From positions 1-15,701 of the forward strand of contig JAEORO010000022.1 of NCBI GenBank assembly GCA_016840855.1: a stretch of 15,701 nt of DNA. Direction: 5' to 3'. This stretch comes from Candidatus Thorarchaeota archaeon. Lineage in GTDB: Archaea; Asgardarchaeota; Thorarchaeia; Thorarchaeales; Thorarchaeaceae. The notes beneath the pieces are model-generated. The model saw only the letters and a list, made by a program, of their open reading frames with translations. It was not told the DNA's origin and did not search any database. Position numbers and translations under genes: made by a program. Below, one piece after another: positions 1 through 8,301 of the stretch. Position 1 is the stretch's first letter. Every line of letters begins with the position of its first letter.

Positions 1-53
1 AAGTTATACTACATGAAAAACCATTTTATTAGCGAATGGTTGTGTGACGAAGT

Positions 54-60
54 CTTAAAT
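54..60 (+). promoter_or_regulatory. Putative TATA box (CTTAAAT) for the Zn-ribbon gene pair
   Basis: CTTAAAT preceded by purine-rich GACGAAG, about 50 nt upstream of ATG 109. The same heptamer recurs at 5118-5124 in front of another gene. Confidence 0.4.
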
Positions 61-108
61 GCCTATGTCGTGAATTGCGTTTAGACACAGACTCTGGAGA
101 GTTTGATA

Positions 109-1143
109 ATGGGTTCAGAAGCAGAAGCAGCGGACATGTTCAAGTGTCCTGTCTGCAATGGAAACGTAAAGACCGGACCCGATGACGTTGTAATTACTTG
201 TACGTATTGTGGTAGCACCACAACTATTGAAGGAAAAGCGATTGGCGATCACTTAATGGAAACTGCTGTTGATACGGAAGCGCGCACAGAAGGTTTCCGC
301 AACTTTCTCGACAAAAACAAGGGGATGAACAAGGCTCTTGTTAAAGAGGCGCAAGTCACAGAGAATCGTCTAATCTATGTTCCAGTCTGGACTGCAAGAG
401 TAAAGGCTGATTCATACTACAAGGGTTACAAAACCGTCCAAGTTCCGGTACAAAAGACAAGGACTGTCAGGGATTCTGATGGTCACACAAGAACTGAAAC
501 CTATACTGATTACGAAACAGGATACGTACCTGTGCAAGATGAGATTCATACAGACACTGATGAACCTCTCTTAGCTAGGAAAGGTGCTAGGTTTTATGGT
601 CTTGAGGACTATCTTAAAACCGTCAACCTGAGTCATACAGTACCTTATGATTTTGAGAAGATAAAAGATCTCGAACCAGCTATCTTGAATGCAGAGATTG
701 GTTCAGAGGAGTTTGAGAAGGCAATCCATGGGCGTGTAGCTGACAGACACAGGTCTCAAGCCGCCAGTGGGTTGGCAGAGCTTTTCGATTGTAGAACAAC
801 AACCAGCGTGAGAGGTACAACCTACCTACAAGCTCCATTTTCTTTAGTACGCTACAAATACCAGGGAGACCTCTACAAAGCGGCAATTGATGGTAACACC
901 GGAAAAGTTGTTCTTGGAGAGATTCCAATCAGTAAAGGTCAGCGTGCTCTTTGGACAATCATTGGCCTAATTGGTGTTATCGTGGCTGGTGTTGGTGGAG
1001 AGCTTCTTTTCATGGGAATGAACGCAACCACTGACGATACCTTGTTTATGATAGGTGGGATTGCGTCTATAATATTAGGAATAATTATGACATTCTTTGG
1101 GTTCCGGGTCTTGATAATGACCGAACGGACCAAGAAGGGGTGA
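109..1143 (+). CDS. Zn-ribbon-containing membrane protein, YdjG-like (paralog 1)
   Basis: N-terminal CPVC...CTYC Zn ribbon, YVPVW motif, and YKAAIDGNTGKVVLGEIPISKG followed by two hydrophobic TM segments. This resembles Bacillus YdjG-type proteins as I recall them. ATG 109 is preferred over TTG 103 because GGAGAG (96-101) is SD-like. Confidence 0.75.
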   Translation: MGSEAEAADMFKCPVCNGNVKTGPDDVVITCTYCGSTTTIEGKAIGDHLMETAVDTEARTEGFRNFLDKNKGMNKALVKEAQVTENRLIYVPVWTARVKADSYYKGYKTVQVPVQKTRTVRDSDGHTRTETYTDYETGYVPVQDEIHTDTDEPLLARKGARFYGLEDYLKTVNLSHTVPYDFEKIKDLEPAILNAEIGSEEFEKAIHGRVADRHRSQAASGLAELFDCRTTTSVRGTTYLQAPFSLVRYKYQGDLYKAAIDGNTGKVVLGEIPISKGQRALWTIIGLIGVIVAGVGGELLFMGMNATTDDTLFMIGGIASIILGIIMTFFGFRVLIMTERTKKG

Positions 1144-1147
1144 TAAC

Positions 1148-2119
1148 ATGGCAAGATGTGCGTTTTGTGATGCAGATTTTCAAACAGGACCTGGAGACCT
1201 TTTACTAGTCTGCCCATATTGTGGAACCGCCCAAACAACAGACGGTGAAAAGTTCAAAGATCACTACATGATACGTGTACACTTTGATCAATATGAGTCG
1301 CAGACAACCCTTCTCGATTGGGTGTCAAAACAACTTGGTGCTCCTGCTGACCTACCTGTACAAGCAAAGTTCGTCCAAGCTCAACAGATCTGGTATCCAT
1401 TTTGGATAAGCAGAGTTGATGCGGATACCACCTATCGGGGTCTCGGAAGGGATGCCCATTTCCATAATGAGTGGCCACAAAGGAGAGGTGCTTACAAAAA
1501 CATCGAGTACTTCTGGAAACCTGAGTCAGGCCAGTTCACGAGAAGGCATGAAATCAATATAGCCGCCGTGAAAGACATTGATCCTGATATTCGTGGTCAC
1601 CCAATCCCAACACGAGCGAAGGAATTCTTTAGTCATGCTCATGCTGAAGAGTTTGATGGCAAAGTCTTGCATAGTAACATGACTATGGAGCAAGCGAAAG
1701 AAATGGCTAAACAGATTGCTATGGATAAACAGACCCAACTGATTCTGTCAGAAGTTGACAAGATTGAGTCAAGACAAGATCGAATTGATGTTGGTGAAAC
1801 ATTCCTGATTCATGTTCCTATCTGGGAGCTTGAGTATAGATATGGCAATCGAAAGTACAAGGCTTCAGTTTCTGCTCCGACTGGATATGTAATAGAAAGT
1901 AAATATCCCCGATCTATGGCGTTCAGAGCTGCAGGAATTGGTGTGGGTCTCATAATGCTGTTGATAGGCATTAGCCTAATCGCTCTAGCTCTTGATTTCT
2001 TTGGAATCGGTGCGATACTGCAAGGTGGCGGTCTGATTTCAGGCGGTCTTCTATCAGTAATTGGCCTAGTCTTAATGTATAAAGGTGCTTCTAGAAAGGA
2101 AGCCAAAGAGAAGGTGTAG
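1148..2119 (+). CDS. Zn-ribbon-containing membrane protein, YdjG-like (paralog 2)
   Basis: CAFC...CPYC Zn ribbon, WYPFW, HVPIW, YKASVSAPTGYV and two C-terminal TM helices, colinear with the upstream ORF. SD GGGTGA (1138-1143) overlaps the upstream stop codon. Confidence 0.75.
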   Translation: MARCAFCDADFQTGPGDLLLVCPYCGTAQTTDGEKFKDHYMIRVHFDQYESQTTLLDWVSKQLGAPADLPVQAKFVQAQQIWYPFWISRVDADTTYRGLGRDAHFHNEWPQRRGAYKNIEYFWKPESGQFTRRHEINIAAVKDIDPDIRGHPIPTRAKEFFSHAHAEEFDGKVLHSNMTMEQAKEMAKQIAMDKQTQLILSEVDKIESRQDRIDVGETFLIHVPIWELEYRYGNRKYKASVSAPTGYVIESKYPRSMAFRAAGIGVGLIMLLIGISLIALALDFFGIGAILQGGGLISGGLLSVIGLVLMYKGASRKEAKEKV

Positions 2120-2138
2120 GTCACTCCTACCCTCCCTC

Positions 2139-2145
2139 TTTTTTT
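2139..2145 (+). terminator. Oligo(T) archaeal-type terminator
   Basis: T7 run at the end of a pyrimidine-rich tract, 20 nt after stop 2119, between convergent genes. Confidence 0.45.
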
Positions 2146-2167
2146 ATTGTAAACTGTTTAGTGATAG

Positions 2168-3307
2168 TCAGTTTTCAACAGTCTTGAAGACACCACCAAA
2201 ATCATCCAGAAGTGATCTCTCTTTTGTCCATACACTGATGTCTGGTGCAAGTAGAGTTTCTAGAACTGTGATTGCATTCTCTTTTGTATCTAAGACAATC
2301 TGGTCTGATTCCAGCGCTCCATTAACACCTGCACGAACCAACCATGGACCAAGGATGTTGTTGCTATTATTCCGAGAATAATGAAAAATCGTAAGATGTG
2401 CGCACTCATTTTGTTTCACAAGATTTCTGTAGGCTGAAAATCTTGCATGGTCTGCCAATACGGAGGTCTTAGATTCAGTTGTAATATTTTTGACTCCCTC
2501 TAAACTAACATCACGTTCAAAGCCTTTTTGGGTTCTTTCTATCCTGAAATAGTCAACACCTGAAAGTCCGGGTTGGAAGAATAAAGTGAAATTGTCTCCA
2601 TGAATCTCTGACCTTCCAATTCGATATGATGTTGAAACAGATTTCTCACACAATTCTATCAGGCAGCGGCTGACATAGGCATCAATAACTGCCTTGTATG
2701 CTCCTCGTGTTGGCACGAATCTTCTCCCATCTAGTCGGCCAAGCAATCCAACTGACATTAAACGTGCAACCTGATCTAATGAATAGTCATAATCAAGTAG
2801 CTTCCATGCAGCTTCGGATGCAGGAATATCTAGCTCTACAATCCTTTTCGCTACTCTACTGATCTCTGGTTCTGAAACAATTTCCAATGAATTGATTCTG
2901 ACAATAGAGCCTGCTGGTAGTTGTCCTCCAAGTGGATAAAGATTCCTAGCGGGTAGGTTGGCACCCTCCACTTCAATAGCTACTGGGCTGACAGAGAGTG
3001 CAATTGTCTGCAGAGCTTCAACTAATTTTGATGGTTCTTTCTCGCGTGCATCAATGGGAATCGTGAACCTATGTAACCTTCTGCGCATTGATAAAATAGC
3101 CTCTCTGTCTAAACCGACCCACGACTCAGGATGATCAAATATAGAGAGATATTCTGAAGGTTCTGTTGAAGCCAATACACTTGCCATCAAAGTTGGATAC
3201 TTTGCAGCTTCGATAGATATTCCGGGTGGACTAAATGCTGTTATCTTCCGATTTAGCTCTGGCTGGCTAAGTTGCAGCTGCATCGTTTGAATTTGATTGA
3301 GTGCCAT
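2168..3307 (-). CDS. nre: Nre-family DNA repair protein (divergent)
   Basis: Nre-like motifs SPPG..YP, D.PESW.G, LMSVGLLG, RRFVPTR, LGPWLVR.GV and C-terminal SLLDDF (PIP-like). ATG 3307 follows AAGGGGAAGG; GTG 3349 is an alternative start. Confidence 0.8.
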   Translation of the reverse strand: MALNQIQTMQLQLSQPELNRKITAFSPPGISIEAAKYPTLMASVLASTEPSEYLSIFDHPESWVGLDREAILSMRRRLHRFTIPIDAREKEPSKLVEALQTIALSVSPVAIEVEGANLPARNLYPLGGQLPAGSIVRINSLEIVSEPEISRVAKRIVELDIPASEAAWKLLDYDYSLDQVARLMSVGLLGRLDGRRFVPTRGAYKAVIDAYVSRCLIELCEKSVSTSYRIGRSEIHGDNFTLFFQPGLSGVDYFRIERTQKGFERDVSLEGVKNITTESKTSVLADHARFSAYRNLVKQNECAHLTIFHYSRNNSNNILGPWLVRAGVNGALESDQIVLDTKENAITVLETLLAPDISVWTKERSLLDDFGGVFKTVEN

Positions 3308-3491
3308 TGCCTTCCCCTTACTCAATTTAGACCTGAGTTCATAGGACACAAGCTTTGCTAAGTCAGTTCTTCATCATCTACTTCTCATTGAACGTATTGC
3401 AAACGGGGTGAGGGAGATATCCGAAAGTAACTCCACCGCGAAAGAAATATAGTCATAGTTAATCTTGCGAAGAAGAAATACGGTGGGAGAA

Positions 3492-5102
3492 TTGAACGAG
3501 TCCTCTGAGAAAGAAGTCAATTCCGTAGTCGAAAAGAATTCAAGTGGAAAGATTAAGATATTCAGTAGATGGCTTGATGGGAATCGAGGTTTCGTTACAA
3601 TCCTCATTACTGCTATTGTAGCAACAGGTGCTTCTTGCGCTTATTATCTTTTAACAATGCTTTCATATACAAACCCCGGATTTACATTGGATGATTCTTG
3701 GATTCACCTTCAGTTTGCAAAAACTATCTATGAGGGGACTCCTTGGGAATATTCACCTGGTTACCCAAGCACTGGTTCGACTAGTCCTCTTTGGTCTTTG
3801 ATTCTCTCATCTTTATTCTATATATACTCAGACCCCATTGGTCTCGCATGGGGCGTCTACATTATCTCAATTTGCTTCTACATTGCGTCATCTTTTGTAG
3901 TTGGTACGATTGTAAGTAATTACACTCAGAGCGTTACCTGGGGCGTTCTTGCAATCATTGGCTTTGTTATAATACCTCGAAACACATGGCTAATGCTTTC
4001 TGGAATGGAAACGCCACTGTTTGTTTTTGCTCTACTGATTTCAATCATAGTATTAGATAGAGTCGAAACGAAATATGACCTTCTTCTGGGAATACTAGTT
4101 GGAGTGGCTTATCTCTCAAGACCTGAGGGGATTATTGTTGCATTTGGTGTTCCAATCAGGTTTCTTATTCTAGGTTACAAACGAAAATTAAACAAGACTC
4201 GAATTGTCACTCTATTCGTATCTGCTGGTTTGGCTGCGTTGGTTGCATTACCATGGATCTTGCATTGTCTAAGTGTTACTGGATTACCACTTCCCGATAC
4301 ATTCTATGCAAAAGTACATACTCCATCTGAATCAGAAATTGATGCATGGAATTTCTGGTGGACATTATTTGTCAGACAGATGCCTTTCCTCCTTTTGGGA
4401 GTATTTCTAGGAATAATATTGATTGTGAAAGGAAAGCCCTTCCCATGGTTGTTTGCTGTGGTTCTAACAGTCTTATATAGACTCAGTGCTCCCTACGCAT
4501 CATTGATTAATAATAACCGATACCTTCTTCCAATATTCGATCTCTTCTATATTGTTGCAGTAATCTCTGTAGCTTGGACTCTTGAAATCGTTCTTGTCGG
4601 AATATTTCATTTCGTAAAGAGTCCAGATGTTAAACTCATAGCAGTTACTTTCACATTATTCATTCTGATTATTCCTCTTATTCCGTCCTTTATTGACCAA
4701 GCAACTTACTATGGAAGAGCAGTCAAGACAGTAAATGATTTGCATGTTAACATTGGTTACTGGATGGCAGAAAATACTCCGGAAGATGCTGTGTTTGCTA
4801 CCCATGACGCAGGTGCTGTTAGATTTATTTCAAACAGGTCCATGATTGATCTGGCTGGTCTGGTAAGCCCTGATATCATTCATGGAAACATGACTCCTAG
4901 AGAAACGTTGTCTTATTTGCGTGAAAAGGGTTGTACATATTTTGTGTACTTCAATGATTTGTTTTATTTCTGGACACTATTCCTTCCATCTGCTGCTTAT
5001 GAGATGGTCTACACTGTTACGATTCCACCTGAGGTTCACGTTGGAGGAGGCAGACCGACGATGTCTGTTTATCAGATTTTTTGGGAATACACTAGCTATT
5101 AA
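3492..5102 (+). CDS. Polytopic membrane glycosyltransferase, GT-C fold (ArnT/PMT/AftB-like)
   Basis: More than 10 hydrophobic segments. DDSWIH acidic motif after TM1, plus TGSTSPLW, SGMETPL, RPEG, PDTFYAK, DAGA and DLAGL. TTG 3492 follows SD-like GGTGGGAG; the ORF is open from 3465. Confidence 0.7.
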   Translation: MNESSEKEVNSVVEKNSSGKIKIFSRWLDGNRGFVTILITAIVATGASCAYYLLTMLSYTNPGFTLDDSWIHLQFAKTIYEGTPWEYSPGYPSTGSTSPLWSLILSSLFYIYSDPIGLAWGVYIISICFYIASSFVVGTIVSNYTQSVTWGVLAIIGFVIIPRNTWLMLSGMETPLFVFALLISIIVLDRVETKYDLLLGILVGVAYLSRPEGIIVAFGVPIRFLILGYKRKLNKTRIVTLFVSAGLAALVALPWILHCLSVTGLPLPDTFYAKVHTPSESEIDAWNFWWTLFVRQMPFLLLGVFLGIILIVKGKPFPWLFAVVLTVLYRLSAPYASLINNNRYLLPIFDLFYIVAVISVAWTLEIVLVGIFHFVKSPDVKLIAVTFTLFILIIPLIPSFIDQATYYGRAVKTVNDLHVNIGYWMAENTPEDAVFATHDAGAVRFISNRSMIDLAGLVSPDIIHGNMTPRETLSYLREKGCTYFVYFNDLFYFWTLFLPSAAYEMVYTVTIPPEVHVGGGRPTMSVYQIFWEYTSY

Positions 5103-5117
5103 TTGTATTCACAAATG

Positions 5118-5124
5118 CTTAAAT
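5118..5124 (+). promoter_or_regulatory. Putative TATA box (CTTAAAT) for the YbjN-like gene
   Basis: Identical to 54-60 and about 37 nt upstream of TTG 5161. SD GGAGG lies at 5149-5153. Confidence 0.4.
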
Positions 5125-5160
5125 CGACCAATCCTACCTCATCGTTTTGGAGGAAGTAGA

Positions 5161-5616
5161 TTGGTTGATGTATGGAACCAAATCGAGGAATATTTGGACC
5201 TCCTTAATATGAAGTATTATTGGAATGAGGAAGATGGAGTCTTTGAACTCGTCTTTAGTGAAAGGAAGGACGAAATTTCCGCAAGCGAATCGACGGAGGA
5301 TGATGCTTTATCATTCAAGTATACAGTTTTCATCAAACCTGGCGAAAAATGGGTTCAGGTCTATGCTGCCGTATATCCTTTCAGCAATATCCCTGATGAG
5401 AAGAAACAATCTGTAATACTTGATTTACTACACGCAAATAGAAAATATGCGGAAGTTTGTTTTGATTTTGATGAAACTCGGGGATGTATTGGTACATCTC
5501 AGGAGATGATGATTAAGGGCTTGAATTTTGATGTGTTTCGCGAAGAGTTTCTCGCTGTACCCTGGGCGGTCAAGAAATTTTGGACAGAGATAGCCAAGAA
5601 GCATGGTTTGCAGTGA
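5161..5616 (+). CDS. YbjN-like / type III secretion chaperone-fold protein (151 aa)
   Basis: Small acidic alpha/beta protein with pattern IEEYLD..helix, three strands, LLHANRKY..VCF.FD and a C-terminal amphipathic helix. True start is probably TTG 5161 after GGAGG; the ORF-track start 4921 overlaps the upstream gene by 182 nt. Confidence 0.65.
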   Translation: MVDVWNQIEEYLDLLNMKYYWNEEDGVFELVFSERKDEISASESTEDDALSFKYTVFIKPGEKWVQVYAAVYPFSNIPDEKKQSVILDLLHANRKYAEVCFDFDETRGCIGTSQEMMIKGLNFDVFREEFLAVPWAVKKFWTEIAKKHGLQ

Positions 5617-5674
5617 ACGACCGAGCAATTGCAAATAATAACTGACTCATTGTTTTTCTACAATCTGGACGAGA

Positions 5675-6877
5675 TCACTGAATTATCAGACGAACCTCAT
5701 TCACTAATTTCTTGTATAGTTCTACAGGATTCTCAACATCGACAAACCCTCCAGTAAATATCTCTCCTTTACCGCCTCCTTTTCCTCGAAGTTGGAGCAT
5801 GGGTTTCTGAATATATTCTGAGGCTTCCAGAGGGACTTTATTGACCTTAAGTAGCACCTGCGATTTTCGTCCCGGAGAAAAAAGAAGAATAATTGTTGGT
5901 TCTTTAGGTAGCATTCTATTTGCTAAGATCTTTAATGAACTTGGATCATAACCAGGTAGATATTCATGTTGATAATCGATGGTTCCAATATGTTCTATTG
6001 TTGAACCACTAGTTAACATCTGTGTGACCTTCTCAATCAGCATATGTTTTTCATCGATAGCCAGTTTTGCTTTATCTAGAACAGTGCCTAATTGTTCCAT
6101 CTCAAATGGATAGGAATTCTTTCTTTGGAAAGCCATGTTATATGAATTGATAACGTGGACTTGTGCAGCCAATCCTGTTATGAACTCAATTTGTGTTGCA
6201 TTGTCATTTGTTTTCACATCAATCACTTTGAAGAATCCAATATCTCCTGTTTTAGGAACATGAATACCTGAACAAGCAGAGCTATCCACTTCGCCGACAC
6301 TTACAACACGAAGCTGATCATATTTGTCTTCAAGCCCCTCACGTTTCCTGATAGACGAATCAATTTGATCTGCATCTACAAAATGACTTCTAACAGGCAA
6401 ATCCTCTTCGATTATTCTCATGAGTTCTAGTTCTGCTTCGAACACTTTTTCAATATCTAATTCAACACCTACAATTTCTACGGACCCATGTTTCCCATCT
6501 ATCCAAAGGGTTCCCACAGTAATCTCTTCAAACTTCTTTTTGATGCTTGAAACAAATAGATGCTCAGCAGTATGGTTCCTCATTAAGCTTGAACGCCATT
6601 TCATATCGATTTCAAGAAATCCTTTACTCTCTCGTTTCGAAGACTCATTGGAAACTAGGATGACACCATCTGAGTCACCAATTGTGTCAATGATATCTAT
6701 GGTTCTGTTGCCTATCGTGAGCTTTCCCTTCTCACCTGCCTGTCCCCCTCCCGCAGGTCTGATTACATTTTCTTTGATTAGAATGTGAAAGAGATCGTCA
6801 ACTCTCTTAACTGATGTAATAGAGACCTCGAATTTATTCAGCTGTTGATTATTCCAATATGGTGGGATTTCGTTCAC
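5675..6877 (-). CDS. alaX: Free-standing alanyl-tRNA editing protein, AlaX-L type with C-terminal DHHA1/C-Ala domain
   Basis: GGGQ motif, Zn-binding HTAEH and CSGIH, C-terminal GKGGGK. GTG start preceded by SD AGGTGA. Confidence 0.9.
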   Translation of the reverse strand: MNEIPPYWNNQQLNKFEVSITSVKRVDDLFHILIKENVIRPAGGGQAGEKGKLTIGNRTIDIIDTIGDSDGVILVSNESSKRESKGFLEIDMKWRSSLMRNHTAEHLFVSSIKKKFEEITVGTLWIDGKHGSVEIVGVELDIEKVFEAELELMRIIEEDLPVRSHFVDADQIDSSIRKREGLEDKYDQLRVVSVGEVDSSACSGIHVPKTGDIGFFKVIDVKTNDNATQIEFITGLAAQVHVINSYNMAFQRKNSYPFEMEQLGTVLDKAKLAIDEKHMLIEKVTQMLTSGSTIEHIGTIDYQHEYLPGYDPSSLKILANRMLPKEPTIILLFSPGRKSQVLLKVNKVPLEASEYIQKPMLQLRGKGGGKGEIFTGGFVDVENPVELYKKLVNEVRLIIQ

Positions 6878-7048
6878 TGACTTTCACCTTTAAAACCGTG
6901 ACCGTATTCAAATTGATGTGGATTAGTTTCAAAACTTTTTCTTAATGCTACATTAATCCCCACTAGTACAACTCTATCTGCCGAAACCGATATAGCATGT
7001 GCTGATTGATGTACATGCGCTCAGAATTTCAACTCGAGGCGATAATCC

Positions 7049-8299
7049 ATGTTCAAATTTCTGAAGACTGATCCAGCAAAGAAAGCTAAGAAATACATCG
7101 ATAAAGCACTAATTGAAATTGAAGAAGGGTACCCTGAATATGCAAGTGTGGAATATGAGAAGGCGGCTCGTTGCTTTCTTGAAATTGAACAGACTGATTT
7201 TGCTGTCAAATATTTTCGCGAAGCTGCATATTGTGCACTTGAGAAGAATAACCACACTCGATGCTCTGAGATGAAGGTTGCTGCTGCTGAATGCCTACTC
7301 CAAGAAGGAAGATATGATGAAGCTGGAGGACTCTATTCAGAATCGTCAGATCATCTTCACCGAGAGAAAAAATCTAAGGAATCAAACAGATCTTTAGGTG
7401 TGGCAATTGCAGGTTATCTATCTGCAAGAAACTTCAGCACAGCAATAAATTTGATGCGCAAGGCTGAGAAAAGGCTACAAGAAACATCATCAAAGAAAGA
7501 CCCTATATATGTTCTAGCCGAGCTCTGTGTGAAAATTCTATGTGAAGGTATTGATATTCCATCAGATCAATTTGAAAATGCTGCGAAAGACATTAGACCT
7601 AGCTCTTTTGAAAAACCTCTTTTTGACTTTCTTATCGCCTCGACAAGACTCGCTATCCAGACGGAGATTGTTCTAGATTGGGCTGGGGCTAAACAGAAAG
7701 AGGTGAATGTCAAAGAACCCATAGAGATTGAACTTAGATACAAATGTCCTGTTGAAGTACATATTATTGATCATAGACTAACACTCTCAAATAGCGTTAT
7801 AATGATAAAAGAACCAGAGTACACCTTAAGCCCATCAAAAGAAGAATCATGGTTGCTTGAATTCAAACCTGTACTAAGTGGAGAGGGAAGCATCGGACCA
7901 TTCACAGTTACTCTTGAGGGTGATAAGGTCCTAGTCAATAAACATACCAATACCCTAAACTTTCAGATTGCTAAAGCTCCATCTAATCTACAACTAGAAG
8001 TATCCCCAGAAAGAGTTTCATGCAACCTTGGAGATGAAGCAATCCTACAGGTGAATGTTCTTAATGTAGGTGATGGGCCAGCAGAGAATATTGAAACAAA
8101 GATAGAACTCTCAGATGGACTCGAGCTTTCACTAGGAAATGAGGCTAAACTGATTCACTTCTTAGGTAGTGGCGAAAAAGTGCATATCCAGATTTTTGTA
8201 AGAGCTGTTGGTCAAGGGGAAGAATTAGTTACCATTAAAGCAATGGACGGTCGCACAGGACAGGAAGTAGTTAAGACATCAATGGTCAGAGTAGGATAA
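7049..8299 (+). CDS. Alpha-SNAP/TPR-like helical-repeat protein fused to two Ig-like beta-sandwich domains
   Basis: aa ~10-200 are helical with an exact 20-aa period (AA 39-40, 59-60, 79-80; SS 99-100; AI 119-120). aa ~204-308 and ~312-416 have alternating beta patterns, including the CARDB/DUF11-like VNVLNVGDGPAENI. No signal peptide or TM segment. Confidence 0.7.
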   Translation: MFKFLKTDPAKKAKKYIDKALIEIEEGYPEYASVEYEKAARCFLEIEQTDFAVKYFREAAYCALEKNNHTRCSEMKVAAAECLLQEGRYDEAGGLYSESSDHLHREKKSKESNRSLGVAIAGYLSARNFSTAINLMRKAEKRLQETSSKKDPIYVLAELCVKILCEGIDIPSDQFENAAKDIRPSSFEKPLFDFLIASTRLAIQTEIVLDWAGAKQKEVNVKEPIEIELRYKCPVEVHIIDHRLTLSNSVIMIKEPEYTLSPSKEESWLLEFKPVLSGEGSIGPFTVTLEGDKVLVNKHTNTLNFQIAKAPSNLQLEVSPERVSCNLGDEAILQVNVLNVGDGPAENIETKIELSDGLELSLGNEAKLIHFLGSGEKVHIQIFVRAVGQGEELVTIKAMDGRTGQEVVKTSMVRVG

Positions 8300-8301
8300 T
8301 A

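Noticed and set aside
3371-3607. Upstream ORF 3374..3607 in frame with nre across tandem TGA-TGA (possible selenocysteine or readthrough)
   Set aside because: The upstream peptide has no Nre-like or Cys-motif features, overlaps the glycosyltransferase gene in antisense, and no SECIS is evident.
4921-5160. N-terminal extension of the YbjN-like ORF
   Set aside because: It overlaps the glycosyltransferase by 182 nt and spans the TATA and SD of the TTG 5161 start.
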